A stretch of 56,779 bases of DNA from positions 1 through 56,779 of the forward strand of contig JAAOXT010000015.1 of the NCBI GenBank assembly GCA_018221045.1, in the 5' to 3' direction. Below are positions 28,256-39,131 of the stretch, piece by piece. The stretch is from Nanobdellota archaeon (GTDB lineage: Archaea > Nanobdellota > Nanobdellia > JAAOXT01). The position numbers and the translations under genes were made by a program. How positions within the stretch are numbered: the first letter of the stretch is position 1; every line of letters starts with the position of its first letter. Under the pieces are notes generated by a model, which did not search any database, had not been told where the DNA came from, and was given only the letters and a program-made list of their open reading frames with translations.

Positions 28256-29359
28256 TTAGTCTAGCCAGTCCTTGTTTTCAATCTTGGTTGGCACGTAATT
28301 CTTGACCGCGAAGTCAACACCTTTTGTAACCATTGAATCCAACTCTATCTTGTAACCAAAGTTTTTGAGGTCCTTTAACTCTTTCTGCCACTCCTTGGTC
28401 TTGAACCAGTCGTACTTTTTTATTTCATCTAATCTTTTCATGTCTGATTTGGTTGCTTTGATTAACGCGGTTTTAGGTACACTGAAATTCTCGTAATCAC
28501 TGACTTTTAAGCCGAGGAACTTGGCGTCAGGAACAGCGCACTTCTCGCTGAAGTAAGCGAGGTTAATGCTTCCCTGCTTGTAAACGCTGTAAATGTAATA
28601 ACCGTAAGCATCCATGTCCATCATCACGTAAACCGGGAGTTTGAGCTCATCATGAATCCTTTGAAGCAAACGTCTTTCAGCGCGAGCGGGCTGGCCTTTA
28701 CCAGTTATTATGATGCAATTATTCTTATCCCAAAATTTTAGTCGGTTGAAAATGTTCCACATAGCGTATTTTTCGATGACGAGCACGTAGTCCGCACTGC
28801 AATGTTTGAAGTCAATAGTGTTTTTCTCAACGATTGCGGGCACGCTGTAACCCGCGCTTCCCATCTTCGCTAAATTAATGTCGTCCCCGCTGGTCTTATC
28901 CCTTATAGTTAAAGGCCCTGCAATGACCCCTTTTGGCGTGGCAATGAGGTTTAACTCTTCTCTTAGAGCGTCAATGATGACTTCAATATCCTCGATCAAC
29001 GGGTCTGTTTCCTTCTGAGCGTCAAAAGTGTTTTCATTCGAGTTTGGCAGAGTTCTTTTCAACGCGTAATAAATCTGCCTTATGCTTAGAGGAGGCTTAT
29101 CTTGCTCTAATAGTTCTTTGCAAAGAGATGCTATGAGCATGGTTTGCATGAACTTCTTGGACTGGTTGAGGTTGAAAAAACTTCTTTTCTGAACCTTGTT
29201 ACCCAATCTTATCAAACGGTCTTTTTCGTCGAAGTAAACGTTGTTAAGTGAGCGCAGCCTAACATCTATCTCAGGGTTTTTCTTTTTTTCAAGTTGTTCA
29301 AGAACTTCTTCTCCAAGTTTTGCAAGCTTTTTAATAGTGCTAGAATGATCTATTTTCAT
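28256..29359 (-). CDS. top6A: DNA topoisomerase VI subunit A
   Basis: SIRQIYY catalytic Tyr, IEK, TGKGQP and DMDAYG. Confidence 0.95.
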   Translation of the reverse strand: MKIDHSSTIKKLAKLGEEVLEQLEKKKNPEIDVRLRSLNNVYFDEKDRLIRLGNKVQKRSFFNLNQSKKFMQTMLIASLCKELLEQDKPPLSIRQIYYALKRTLPNSNENTFDAQKETDPLIEDIEVIIDALREELNLIATPKGVIAGPLTIRDKTSGDDINLAKMGSAGYSVPAIVEKNTIDFKHCSADYVLVIEKYAMWNIFNRLKFWDKNNCIIITGKGQPARAERRLLQRIHDELKLPVYVMMDMDAYGYYIYSVYKQGSINLAYFSEKCAVPDAKFLGLKVSDYENFSVPKTALIKATKSDMKRLDEIKKYDWFKTKEWQKELKDLKNFGYKIELDSMVTKGVDFAVKNYVPTKIENKDWLD

Positions 29360-30933
29360 TGTTCCCCCTCCTTCACTTTTATCATAGCTTTAGTGTTTTT
29401 CACCAAGGATTCTTCAATCAGTTCAGCGATTTTTTCTTTATTCCCTCTCGTCAGGTCAGCGATAGCTCCTGCCAACTCTTTGGAGTACCGGGTGAAAGCG
29501 TCAATTCTTGCCTGATCCCTTTGACGCCTGTACTGTCTTTTCAAGTAATTCCTAAGGTGCCTGGCGCATTCCTGCAAAGCCAGTTTTATCTCTTTGACTA
29601 TAATAGGGTAGGAAGCGATGGCGGCTTTCGACTCTGAAGTGAAGGGAACCCAGACGCTGGCCATGTGGACAGCAACAGTTAGTGGGCCGTAAGGCACGCC
29701 CCTGCCACCGGTTTGGCTTAAACCGTAACGCCTCCAATCAATTTCTCCAATGGAACGGGTTATGGCGCAAGCACTTTTCTCGTACAAGAGAGGCACGCGG
29801 TTGGCGAACCTCATGATTTCCGCCTGCCCTTCTGACTTTAGGTTTCCGCCAAAAGCGATTCCTGCTTCTATCTGGAAAGGCATTCCCCTGTAAACGCTGG
29901 CGGGGCGGGTGACTGTCACGACCAGTTCTGCGGACAATTCTGTTTTCATGCTTGCTTCCAAAGAATTAGCTCCAATAGGTGACAGGCAGTCCAGTGGGGG
30001 CACCATGAGTTTTTCGGTTTGAAGCGTTTTTATGAGTTTTTCAGCCTGTTCACGCGTTAAAGTGTAAGGTCTGGTGGCGTTGTGCAATTCCACTTTTTTC
30101 AAAACTCTTTTAGCAGTGGTGGAACCAACTCTGCTGAACTCGCCTGTGAGAAAGCTCTGAATCGTTTTTTTGCTGGTTGTTTTGAGCATTCTCATGAAGA
30201 TTCCGAGTTCGATTCCGTAAGGGTGTGGTTTGATTTCTTTAGGCATTTTTGGCAGTTTGTTCGTGGTTCTATTAAAAATGAATTTGGATGGGGTCGGGTC
30301 GTTAAAAATTATTTGAGCGCTAGGGTTGACAATGCTCGTCCTCCTCAAGTACTCGTAAATCGAGGAGCTTCCTTTGGATACGAATTGAGCTTCCATCTCC
30401 ATTTCTACTTTGGTGCCGTGAGGTAGGCGGAAGTCAAGGTCTATTTCTTCTTTTATTATCTGAGGCTCGTTTTTGAGAATGTCAAGCTTGAGCTCTACGC
30501 GGTGAGCTGGCCTGTTAGGCCCCGTCTTGGTGGTCACGACAGTGGGCTTGCCAGTGGTTAGTTGTGAGTAAAGGCCTGCAGCTGTTATCCCTATTCCTTG
30601 CTGGCCTCTCGACTGGATTAGCGCGTGGAATTTTGACCCGTACAAGAGTTTTGCGAAAATCTTAGGAATCTGTTTTTTCATTATTCCTGGACCGTTATCC
30701 TGGATTATCACTCGGTAACGGTCTGTGCCGGCTTGTTTTATCGTAACAGTTATTTCAGCGGGAATCCTTGCTTCTTCGCAAGCGTCCAGGCCGTTGTCAA
30801 CCCCTTCTTTAACAGCGGTTAGTATTGATTTCCTTTTGGAGTCAAATCCTAGCAAGTGCCTGTTCTTTTCAAAGAATTCAGCTATACTTATGTCTCTTTG
30901 TTTTTTTGCTAATTCCTCTGCAATCGATGCCAT
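29356..30933 (-). CDS. top6B: DNA topoisomerase VI subunit B
   Basis: [42 protein letters not shown] and VPFTSESK. Confidence 0.97.
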   Translation of the reverse strand: MASIAEELAKKQRDISIAEFFEKNRHLLGFDSKRKSILTAVKEGVDNGLDACEEARIPAEITVTIKQAGTDRYRVIIQDNGPGIMKKQIPKIFAKLLYGSKFHALIQSRGQQGIGITAAGLYSQLTTGKPTVVTTKTGPNRPAHRVELKLDILKNEPQIIKEEIDLDFRLPHGTKVEMEMEAQFVSKGSSSIYEYLRRTSIVNPSAQIIFNDPTPSKFIFNRTTNKLPKMPKEIKPHPYGIELGIFMRMLKTTSKKTIQSFLTGEFSRVGSTTAKRVLKKVELHNATRPYTLTREQAEKLIKTLQTEKLMVPPLDCLSPIGANSLEASMKTELSAELVVTVTRPASVYRGMPFQIEAGIAFGGNLKSEGQAEIMRFANRVPLLYEKSACAITRSIGEIDWRRYGLSQTGGRGVPYGPLTVAVHMASVWVPFTSESKAAIASYPIIVKEIKLALQECARHLRNYLKRQYRRQRDQARIDAFTRYSKELAGAIADLTRGNKEKIAELIEESLVKNTKAMIKVKEGEQ

Positions 30934-30939
30934 TTTTTT

Positions 30940-31446
30940 TTAAAACCTGACTTTTTTTAACATTTGTTTGCGTTTGATTATTTTGTAAGCCGTTCCGTGC
31001 TTGGACCCGGAAAGCAGTGAGTTAATCACTTCTCTGGCGTCCAGAACGTTTTCCATTCTGCCCATTATCCCAATGGTTTTGCCGAAAACACTGATTTTCG
31101 TGTTTGTCAGTTTTTCAACGTTTCTTTTCGCTTTTCCTTTCTCGCCGATAACCCTGCCGCGCAGTCGGATCATATCGTTTTTCGACTTTCCTGCAAAATC
31201 TTTTATTTCAATTATTTCTAAGGTCGTGTCATCCCCGGTTAAGAGCAGTGCTTCGTGCGGCTTGAATCCCCGGGCAACTGCTTTAACAACTTTTTGAGCG
31301 TTGTAAGCTTGTATTGATTCTCCTTCAATCTTTACTTCACCTTCAGGAGTTATTGTGATGTGAGTATCAGTTTTTTCCTCAATTTTTTTTTTGATTCTTT
31401 CCAAATTCTTTAAGTTCTCTTTTGGAATTATCATGATTTCTATCAT
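30940..31446 (-). CDS. KH-domain RNA-processing protein (Dim2/Pno1)
   Basis: KAVARGF, RGRVIGEKGK and GSKHGTAY, in its usual position between rio1 and top6B. Confidence 0.9.
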   Translation of the reverse strand: MIEIMIIPKENLKNLERIKKKIEEKTDTHITITPEGEVKIEGESIQAYNAQKVVKAVARGFKPHEALLLTGDDTTLEIIEIKDFAGKSKNDMIRLRGRVIGEKGKAKRNVEKLTNTKISVFGKTIGIMGRMENVLDAREVINSLLSGSKHGTAYKIIKRKQMLKKVRF

Positions 31447-32132
31447 TTGAGTTTGTCAATTATCCTCTTTTCATTCTTGGTTTTCACGCCGAGTTTTGAA
31501 AACCAGGCGTTCACGTTTTTTATGTCCCGCTCCAAAAGTTTTTGGAATAACGGGTGTTCCTTAAGGATTCCTTGCGAAAAATCAATTATGACTGGTTTCT
31601 CTTCGTTGTTTAAAACGTTGTATTCGCTTAAGTCACCATGAACAAGACATTCCTTTTTATAAAGCTTTTTTATGCTGGAGAGCATGCTTTTATACCATGC
31701 TCCAGGATCGCGTGGAGGGGCGTCTTTGGCTCTCTGGGAGGGGTTTTCGTTCTTTCCAATGAACTCCATTATCAGCACGTTTTTATTGAATTTTATTGGT
31801 TCTGGACAAGCAACTCCAGCTCTTCTTGCTTTGGCCAGGTTGGAGAATTCTTTTTCAGCCCACGCGTAAATAATGTTTGGGAAGCTTTTCTTGACGTGGA
31901 AGAATCTTGGGTCCCCGTACAAGTAATCCCACATTTTATCAAACTTTAATTTTTCAATCATGTAGATCTTGATGGCTAATGGTTTGCCGTCTTTTTCGGC
32001 TAGAAAAACTGTTGATTCTTTGCCTGACGAGACCACGCCTTTTATGGAGTCATAATATTTTTTGCGTCTTAACAAGCTTAGACTTCTAACTGTTCTTCTG
32101 TCAAAAACGTCTCCGAAAACTTTTCCAGCCAT
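31443..32132 (-). CDS. rio1: Rio1 serine kinase
   Basis: SSGKES, AIKIY, WAEKEFSNL, VHGDLSEYN and IIDFSQ. Confidence 0.93.
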   Translation of the reverse strand: MAGKVFGDVFDRRTVRSLSLLRRKKYYDSIKGVVSSGKESTVFLAEKDGKPLAIKIYMIEKLKFDKMWDYLYGDPRFFHVKKSFPNIIYAWAEKEFSNLAKARRAGVACPEPIKFNKNVLIMEFIGKNENPSQRAKDAPPRDPGAWYKSMLSSIKKLYKKECLVHGDLSEYNVLNNEEKPVIIDFSQGILKEHPLFQKLLERDIKNVNAWFSKLGVKTKNEKRIIDKLK

Positions 32133-32169
32133 TGCTTAATTATGTATTGATTCCTTAATAAAAAGTCTT

Positions 32170-32511
32170 TTAGAACTCTTCAAGCTCTTTTAAGAAACCT
32201 TTATTTCTGAGCCAAGCAATCTGTGATTTAGAATACTTGTAAATAACGTCTCCTCTTTTGTCGCCTTCAAGGTCCCATGGCTTCACTAGAACGACGTGGT
32301 GGGGTCTAACCCACATTCTTCTCAGAAACCTTCCGGGAATCCGGCAGTTCCTCACTTTTTCGTCAGCGCAGCGAACATACATTTTCGCGTGGCTTAAAAG
32401 CTGTTCGACAATGCCGATAACTTCATTGTCTCTGGGAGTCCTGACCCTGACTATCTCGCCAGAACCAATGACTTCTCTGTGTTTTTCCCCTGATTTTTGT
32501 TTAATAACCAT
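32170..32511 (-). CDS. eif1a: translation initiation factor aIF-1A
   Basis: VRCADEKVRNCRIPGR...W...VLVKPW...RGDVIYKY. Confidence 0.94.
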   Translation of the reverse strand: MVIKQKSGEKHREVIGSGEIVRVRTPRDNEVIGIVEQLLSHAKMYVRCADEKVRNCRIPGRFLRRMWVRPHHVVLVKPWDLEGDKRGDVIYKYSKSQIAWLRNKGFLKELEEF

Positions 32512-32538
32512 TTCTTTTTAGGATTAGAGCCTTAAGTT

Positions 32539-32847
32539 TTATATAATCTTGGCGGTTTGCGCGTGCGGAACTCCTTGAAAGAATATGACGTTATTCTTTT
32601 CGATTAAGCCTGCCTTGACGCCGATTCGAACCGCTTCTTCTCCGAAAAAGTTTGTTGTAGTGGCGTGCTCCAACTCTTTTAGAATCTTTTCTTCCCCTGC
32701 TTTTTCTCCTTTATAGAATCTAGGGTTGATGAAAACTTTTGCGCCTTCGCTTTCCAAAGTTTTTCCAAGTATATTGGCGTCACAGACAGCAACGATTTTT
32801 TCGTAAATCCCTCCTTGAAAAACTTCGTGAACTTTAACGTACATCAT
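32539..32847 (-). CDS. DUF424 family protein
   Basis: VAVCD..ILGK...FYKGE...NFFGEEAV...GVPHAQ. Confidence 0.85.
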   Translation of the reverse strand: MMYVKVHEVFQGGIYEKIVAVCDANILGKTLESEGAKVFINPRFYKGEKAGEEKILKELEHATTTNFFGEEAVRIGVKAGLIEKNNVIFFQGVPHAQTAKII

Positions 32848-33251
32848 TTTAGTGATTTAACTGATTGTTTTGCGCCGCAGACACCGCATTTCATGAAAGT
32901 AATCCTGTCCTCACGGATTAGTTTGGTTTCTGGTTTTTTACATTCATTGCAGTAAACATATTCTTTTAAGAACTTGTCAAACAAGTCTTGCAATCTTTTT
33001 CTGCCAAATCTTCCTATGAATATAGCTGAATGGTCCTTTAACTCTCCAGCAGTTGCAAGCCCTCTTAGAAAGAATTTAAAAACCTGTTCTTTTTTTCTGT
33101 TAATCGTGTTGCATATTTGCGAAAAGTTTGTTAGTACCGTCTTGTTTCCTTGCTGAATTGATTGGATTAAAGGAATGTTGAATCTGGATGTTTCGGAGCT
33201 AACGCTGGGAAGAGATTCGTAAGCTTTTTTCAACATTTTTTCGTAATCCAT
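32844..33251 (-). CDS. eif2b: translation initiation factor aIF-2 beta
   Basis: YEKMLKKAYESLP...RF.IP and Zn ribbon YVYCNECKKPET...CGVCGA. Confidence 0.95.
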   Translation of the reverse strand: MDYEKMLKKAYESLPSVSSETSRFNIPLIQSIQQGNKTVLTNFSQICNTINRKKEQVFKFFLRGLATAGELKDHSAIFIGRFGRKRLQDLFDKFLKEYVYCNECKKPETKLIREDRITFMKCGVCGAKQSVKSLK

Positions 33252-33260
33252 CTTTTTTTT

Positions 33261-33842
33261 TTATTCCAACATTTTTAGCGTGTTAGGTTTTGGCTCGAAA
33301 ACCACTCCTTTCTCTAATAGTTCGCTAACAATGTTTTCAACGTCTTCTTTAGCGAGTCCAGATTCCTCAACAATTTCATCAAAACTAGTGCCCTTATCCG
33401 AAAATTTTTTGAGCACTTTTAAAACTTGGTTTTTTGATGTTTCAGGCACTTCCTCTTTTTTGCTGAGCTCAATCTTCCTTAACAGCCAGGAATTAGGGTT
33501 TAAGACCTTTTTTATGCTTATCGGTGATAAATAAACATTTTTTTCGAATTCGCGCACCCCTGCTATCACGTTAACCATATCCCCAACAAGAACTCCTTCC
33601 ATTTTTTTGGTGTTTTCTTTAAAAAATCTTAGGCTTATGACTCCTGTCCCGTCATCAATGTTTGAGAACACGAACATTCTTTCTTTGTTTTCGAATTTGT
33701 GCATGACTGTTCCGATAACGTTGATTCTTCCAATTTTTTTGCCGTCAATTAAAACCAGTTCTTTGCCGTTTTCCTTTATTGGAACGCCTGATTTGATTGT
33801 TTTGATGTCGCATTTTAGCGCGGTTGGTTGTTTGGTATGCAT
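33261..33842 (-). CDS. RPA32/Rpa2-like ssDNA-binding protein (OB fold + C-terminal wHTH)
   Basis: RINVIGTV, IDDGTGVI.LRFF and C-terminal LLEKGVVFEPKP. Confidence 0.82.
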   Translation of the reverse strand: MHTKQPTALKCDIKTIKSGVPIKENGKELVLIDGKKIGRINVIGTVMHKFENKERMFVFSNIDDGTGVISLRFFKENTKKMEGVLVGDMVNVIAGVREFEKNVYLSPISIKKVLNPNSWLLRKIELSKKEEVPETSKNQVLKVLKKFSDKGTSFDEIVEESGLAKEDVENIVSELLEKGVVFEPKPNTLKMLE

Positions 33843-33844
33843 TT

Positions 33845-35875
33845 TTAGATTACTCTCCTGATGAAACCAGGTCTTGGCTCAAATATTTCTCCTTGTTGCC
33901 TCATCTTTTTCAAAATCTCTTCTGTTTTAGCAGGGTCCACTCCTTTTTCAGCGGATTCCCTGGTAATTTCTTCTATTGGAATTCCTTCTTTGTATTGGCT
34001 TTCGAGAATTTTTATCACGTCTTGAATTGTCATTATCCTGTTGCGCTGCAGAGAAGTTATTCCTGATACGAGGCGGTCAATGTCCAGTTCGCCTGTTTCA
34101 GGGTCTGTGCCCACTTGTTTCAAACAGAAAGTAAGAAGTCTTATGGCTCGTTCAGAATCTTTCTTATCGCACACTTTGTTAAGCTTCACGCGAGCACTGG
34201 CTTCAGTCATTCTTATCAGTCCTTCAAGTTGTCTGGCGTTTATGGGGATAGCTCGGGTCCTGGCCTCGGTGTCGGTTACAGCTTTGTTTCTGATGTTAAC
34301 GTAAAAATCAATGATGGTTTTTGACGCTGCATCGCTGAGGACGGGTTTTGAATTTTTTTTGGCGTAAGTTAAATACTTTCTTAAAAAAGCTGAGTCAATA
34401 GTGCTTCTTTCAAGTTCAGGGTTCTTATGGGATTCAATAATGTGCGTGGCAATCCTGGTGTCCTCCTCCTTAGCTGGAACGTCTCTTATAGGGAATATGA
34501 GGTCAAAACGGTTTAGTAGAGTGGTCGGCAAATCTATCTGGTCAGGGATGGGGGTGTAAGGATCAAATCGTCCTAGTTTAGGGTTGGCTGCAGCGAGCAC
34601 AGTGGTTTGAGCCATTAGGGTTGCGTGAATATTGGCCTTGTTAATAGTAACGGTCTGTTGCTCGAGTGCTTCGTGCATGGCAACCCTGTCGTCCTTGTTC
34701 ATCTTGTCCAGTTCGTCAATGCAGGCAATGCCTTTGTTGGCTAGGACTAGCGCGCCAGCTTCAAGACTCCATCCTTTGAGAAATTCGTCTTTCACCACGC
34801 TCGCAGTCAAGCCCGCGGAAGTCGTTCCTTTACCGCTAACGTAAACTGCTTTGGGAGTCATTCCTGAAACATATTTAAGTATTTGCGATTTCCCGGTTCC
34901 AGGGTCTCCTACGAGAAGAATGTGCATGTCCCCCCTAATTTTGGTTCCATCAACCATTTTTTTTTGCACGCCCCCAAACATTTGAAGAACAATGGCTTCT
35001 TTGACTTCTTTATGACCGAAAATTGTTGGGGCAATGGATTTTATGAAAGTGTCATAGACTTTTTTGGACTTTGACAATTCTTTAATTCTCTTCAAATCAT
35101 CTTCATCAACCACAGTTAATTGATCGTAGTCTTCTTCCATGGCCACGACGTTGTTAGCTTCTACAATGATGTCGTACCGGGTCGATTTTTTTCCTGATGA
35201 ATCGGTTATGGGAATTTCTTTAACTATTCCTATAATAGAGACTCTTGAGCCTGGAGTGACTGTTTTCTCTATTTTTGGGTCTACAAGGTCTGCTTGCAAG
35301 AAAACGCTTATCCTTTTTGGTTGTTCTCCGCCTATCATGAGTTCAGGAGCTTCTTCAACCACAATCCTTTGAGTGTCCACGAGTTCTTGGGAGTGGACTT
35401 TGAACCTGCCTTTTCTACCGCAAGTGCACCTGCTCGGCTCCTTGATGCTTAAACCTGTTTGCTCGACTAAGATGTGTGTTCCGCAACTAGGACACTCGTA
35501 AGTTATCATGGACGCGACTGGTCGGACGTCGCTGGCCTGCCTTATCATCCCGTCAAAAAAAAGAAGTTTTTTCAAGTGCTTGCTCCTGATATCCCTTATC
35601 CTTACTTTTTGACTGTCAGGAATGTTCAAGAAACGAGGTATGGGTTTGAAACTCTCAACGGATGGCAGGTCGATTTCTTCTATAGCTTTATGAAACTTTT
35701 TGATTATGTCCAAAGGTTTTTCGATAAGTTTATCCGCTAATTCAGGCTCTTCTTCCTCAAGTTTTTTGTAATCTATTATGATGAGGTTGTCCTGGTTTTT
35801 CAACGCTAAGAGTAAGTCTTTGTAGTAACATCTTCTTATGAAATCTTCCAGGACGCTTACATCATTTTCTTTCAT
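33845..35875 (-). CDS. mcm: MCM replicative helicase (intein-free)
   Basis: Zn finger CPSCG/CTCG, GDPGTGKSQ, IDELDKM, AAANPKLGRF and NRFDL. Confidence 0.98.
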   Translation of the reverse strand: MKENDVSVLEDFIRRCYYKDLLLALKNQDNLIIIDYKKLEEEEPELADKLIEKPLDIIKKFHKAIEEIDLPSVESFKPIPRFLNIPDSQKVRIRDIRSKHLKKLLFFDGMIRQASDVRPVASMITYECPSCGTHILVEQTGLSIKEPSRCTCGRKGRFKVHSQELVDTQRIVVEEAPELMIGGEQPKRISVFLQADLVDPKIEKTVTPGSRVSIIGIVKEIPITDSSGKKSTRYDIIVEANNVVAMEEDYDQLTVVDEDDLKRIKELSKSKKVYDTFIKSIAPTIFGHKEVKEAIVLQMFGGVQKKMVDGTKIRGDMHILLVGDPGTGKSQILKYVSGMTPKAVYVSGKGTTSAGLTASVVKDEFLKGWSLEAGALVLANKGIACIDELDKMNKDDRVAMHEALEQQTVTINKANIHATLMAQTTVLAAANPKLGRFDPYTPIPDQIDLPTTLLNRFDLIFPIRDVPAKEEDTRIATHIIESHKNPELERSTIDSAFLRKYLTYAKKNSKPVLSDAASKTIIDFYVNIRNKAVTDTEARTRAIPINARQLEGLIRMTEASARVKLNKVCDKKDSERAIRLLTFCLKQVGTDPETGELDIDRLVSGITSLQRNRIMTIQDVIKILESQYKEGIPIEEITRESAEKGVDPAKTEEILKKMRQQGEIFEPRPGFIRRVI

Positions 35876-36414
35876 TTCTTTTTGAGATCAATTAGAGTTT
35901 TGTATAATTCCTTGACAGTTTTTTTGATTTCTCGCTCGTTTTTCGCTCCAGTGCAAACTATTTTTCCAGTTCCGAATAATAGAATAGTTACTCTAGAGTT
36001 AGGTACTTTATAAACCAGTCCTGGAAATTGTTCAGGCTCGTACTCTGAAGATTCTAACTGGAATGCCAATTCGTTTAAGTTAAGTTTTAATCCGAGGTCT
36101 CCTGAGGCGACCATGTTCTGAATTTCTATGTCAGGTTCTTTAGTTACTTTAACTCCTATAGTTGAGATTTCTTTAATTATTTTTTGAACTGCTTCATGAA
36201 CAATTGGAATTGTTCTAGCGCCAGTGCAGACAATCTTTCCCGAGCTGAAAAGCAGGGCAGAAACCTTCGGGTCTTTTAGTCTCAGGACCAGTCCTGGAAA
36301 TTGTTCAGGCTGGTATTCAGTGTTTATTAGTTCTGCGGAAGCTTTTTCCAAAGGTATTTTTGAGTGTATGTTGACGCTTGCAACGATGTTCACAACAGTT
36401 GTTGTTATAGCCAT
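35872..36414 (-). CDS. tbp: TATA-box binding protein
   Basis: Two repeats of N.VAS...Y.PEQFPGLV...LLF..GKIVCTGA. Confidence 0.98.
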   Translation of the reverse strand: MAITTTVVNIVASVNIHSKIPLEKASAELINTEYQPEQFPGLVLRLKDPKVSALLFSSGKIVCTGARTIPIVHEAVQKIIKEISTIGVKVTKEPDIEIQNMVASGDLGLKLNLNELAFQLESSEYEPEQFPGLVYKVPNSRVTILLFGTGKIVCTGAKNEREIKKTVKELYKTLIDLKKK

Positions 36415-36601
36415 ATTTTTTTTTCACCATTCAAATTTTTTTTTTTGCTCCGTAATAGGTGAGCAAAATTTATAAACCCTTTATAAAGGAAAGTGAAAAG
36501 TCTTTTCTTTAAAACATTGTGGTATTTGTTGACATAGTTTTATTAACAAGAAAGAATACTATATTACCTCAAGAAAAAAAATATGTTTTTCGGGTGACCT
36601 A

Positions 36602-36811
36602 ATGGAATTTGATAAGTTCATCCCCGTGCGAGTTGGGGACAAGCATGAAGTGAAAATAATGAGTCAAGGCGAAAAAGGCGATGGCATTGTTAAAATTAAC
36701 GGTTACATTGTTTTCGTTCCTGAAGCAGAGGCAAGCAAGAAGTACAATATAGAGATTACGAAAACGTTTCCGAGATTTGGTTTCGGAAAAGTGCTTAATG
36801 AAGTAGATTAA
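36602..36811 (+). CDS. single TRAM-domain RNA-binding protein
   Basis: PVRVGD...GEKGDGIVKINGYIVFVP...FGFG, with GGTGA RBS upstream. Confidence 0.9.
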   Translation: MEFDKFIPVRVGDKHEVKIMSQGEKGDGIVKINGYIVFVPEAEASKKYNIEITKTFPRFGFGKVLNEVD

Positions 36812-36889
36812 AAATTATTTTTTTCTTTTCTTTTTTTTACCTTGTATAAGATAAATATTAATAAACTCCTTCATTTTTTCATTAATCTT

Positions 36890-37855
36890 ATGGAGATATG
36901 GACTGAGAAGTACCGGCCGAAAAAACTTGATGAAATAATCGGGCAAAAAAACGTTGTTAAAAGACTTAAACAATTTGTTAAGAACAAGAACCTTCCCCAC
37001 GTGCTTTTCGCGGGCCCAGCAGGGATTGGGAAAACCTCTTGCGCTCTCGCCATAGCCCAGCAACTTTACGGGGATGACTGGTCTCTTAATTTCTTCGAAC
37101 TTAACGCGAGCGATGAGAGAGGAATAGATGTTATTCGCGGAAAAATCAAGGATTTCGCTCGAACCATGCCTTTAGGAGGAGCACCTTTCAAAATAATAAT
37201 GCTCGACGAGTCAGATGCTTTGACGCGCGAAGCCCAGCAAGCCTTGAGAAGAATGATGGAAAAATACACCAGAACTTGCAGGTTCATTCTTTCGTGCAAT
37301 TACTCTTCAAAAATTATTGACCCAATACAATCCAGGTGCGCTGTTTTCAGGTTCAAGCCTATTGACAAAGAAGACATATTGATGCATTTAAGCGAAATTG
37401 CTAAGAAGGAGAAACTCAAGATATCTTCAGACGTAAAAATTAATGAGAATCCGGTTTTTCTAGCCATCCATGACGCTTCAGAAGGAGACATGCGTAAAGC
37501 AATAAACCTTCTGCAGTCGTGCTCGGTGGTGGAGGGAAAGATAACCTCAGACACGGTTTTTGAAGTAGCTTCTTACGCTAGACCCTCTGAAATCAAGAGG
37601 GTGGTGGAGCAAGCAGTTTCAGGCAAACTCGTCGAAGCAAGAAATCTTTTGTTCGACACCATGCTCAAGTATGGTTTAAGCGGGATAGACGCGGTCAAGC
37701 AACTGCAAAAAATGGTGATGCAATTGGACATGCCCGCTCAAAAAACGGCTTTGGCTGTTCAAAAAGTGGCTGAGTGCGAGTTCCGGTTAGTGGAAGGAGC
37801 TGACCCTTACATACAATTGGAAGCCCTGCTCGCAGGTTTTATGCTATTAAAATGA
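36890..37855 (+). CDS. rfcS: replication factor C small subunit
   Basis: WTEKYRP, GPAGIGKT, ELNASDERG, LDESD and QSRC. Confidence 0.97.
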   Translation: MEIWTEKYRPKKLDEIIGQKNVVKRLKQFVKNKNLPHVLFAGPAGIGKTSCALAIAQQLYGDDWSLNFFELNASDERGIDVIRGKIKDFARTMPLGGAPFKIIMLDESDALTREAQQALRRMMEKYTRTCRFILSCNYSSKIIDPIQSRCAVFRFKPIDKEDILMHLSEIAKKEKLKISSDVKINENPVFLAIHDASEGDMRKAINLLQSCSVVEGKITSDTVFEVASYARPSEIKRVVEQAVSGKLVEARNLLFDTMLKYGLSGIDAVKQLQKMVMQLDMPAQKTALAVQKVAECEFRLVEGADPYIQLEALLAGFMLLK

Positions 37856-39063
37856 GTTCTGAACCTTGGGTTAGGAAATACTTTCCTAACAACTCAAAAG
37901 GAATTGTTGGAAACAAAAAAGTAGTGCAAAGACTCTTAGAATTCGTGCAAGACTACAAGAAACAGAAGAAAAAAGCGGTGCTCTTGGTTGGAGGCACGGG
38001 AGTTGGCAAAACCGCGAGTGTTTACGCCGTCGCGGCAGAGTTGAACTACGAACTCTTGGAAATCAATTCTTCTCAAGTGATGAATGCGGACTCAGTGAAA
38101 AACGTGATTGGCAACGCGGCTAACACCATGAGTTTAACTGGCAGGGGAAAAATTATTCTAATTGATGACGTGGACGCTTTTTCAGGAAGAAAAGATAGAG
38201 GAGGAATAAGCGAAATAATTGATGTCATAAAGAAAAGCGGAAACCCGATAATATTGACTGCGCTCAACCAATGGAACCAGAAATTAAGAACTCTTAAGAA
38301 TCACGCGGAAGTCCTTCAATTCAGGAAACTCATGAAATCCCAAATAAAAGTCTTGCTGAAGCTAATAGCTGACAGTGAAGAACTATGTTTAGAGCAAGGA
38401 GTTATAGAATTAGTGGCAGAAAAATCCAGGGGAGACATGAGAGCAGCCATAACTGACTTGGAAGTCCTGGCAACAGGAGGAAAAGTGTTGCAACAAGACG
38501 TTGAAACCCTTGGTTACAGGGAGAAAACGCTGGGCGTGTTCGAGGTCTTGGATAAAATGTTTCATTCGCAGGATTATCATGAGATTGTTAAAGCTGTGAG
38601 GAACTCTGACGTCAATCTTGATGAACTGTTGTTATGGGTTGCGGAAAACCTTCCTCGCCGCGTCAAAGACAGGGATTCGTTGATAAAAGCTTATGAAACC
38701 TTGGCTGAAGCAGACCTCTTTCGCGCCAGGATTAGGAAGCGTCAGCACTGGAGGTTCCTGGTTTACGTTCAAGACTTGTTAGTGCTCGCAGTCATGCTTG
38801 CTGAGAAGAACAGGGGTTGGTTTAAGACTGAGCGGCCTTCCAAGATAGCAAAGCTTTGGAAAACCAAGTCCGAGCGAAACGTTCGCGCAAGCATTAGCGC
38901 AGCCTTTGCCGAGAACTGTCACACGAGCGCGAGGCAGGCAGAAAAAGTTTACCTTCCTTTCTTAAAAACTTTAAGTCTTGTGAACTGGAAAAAAGCGAGT
39001 GAGCTCTGCGCCAGCTTGAAACTAGGCGAGAAAGAAGTTGAATGGCTGAAAAATTCTATTTGA
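37852..39063 (+). CDS. rfcL: replication factor C large subunit
   Basis: PWVRKYFP, GGTGVGKT, IDDVD, GDMRAAITDL, WVAEN and ADLF...QHWRF. Confidence 0.93.
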   Translation: MSSEPWVRKYFPNNSKGIVGNKKVVQRLLEFVQDYKKQKKKAVLLVGGTGVGKTASVYAVAAELNYELLEINSSQVMNADSVKNVIGNAANTMSLTGRGKIILIDDVDAFSGRKDRGGISEIIDVIKKSGNPIILTALNQWNQKLRTLKNHAEVLQFRKLMKSQIKVLLKLIADSEELCLEQGVIELVAEKSRGDMRAAITDLEVLATGGKVLQQDVETLGYREKTLGVFEVLDKMFHSQDYHEIVKAVRNSDVNLDELLLWVAENLPRRVKDRDSLIKAYETLAEADLFRARIRKRQHWRFLVYVQDLLVLAVMLAEKNRGWFKTERPSKIAKLWKTKSERNVRASISAAFAENCHTSARQAEKVYLPFLKTLSLVNWKKASELCASLKLGEKEVEWLKNSI

Positions 39064-39131
39064 CGGCTTTTCTTATGGCAATGCCTTTTAAGGTTCCAAG
39101 AAAAATATGTGAGAAGTTCTATAAAAAACTA

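Noticed and set aside
36415-36600. Replication origin in the AT-rich gap between tbp and the TRAM gene
   Set aside because: No ORB-like repeats or cdc6 are visible, and divergent promoters are enough to explain it.
33845-39063. Inteins in MCM or RFC
   Set aside because: Protein lengths are normal and the Walker motifs are uninterrupted.
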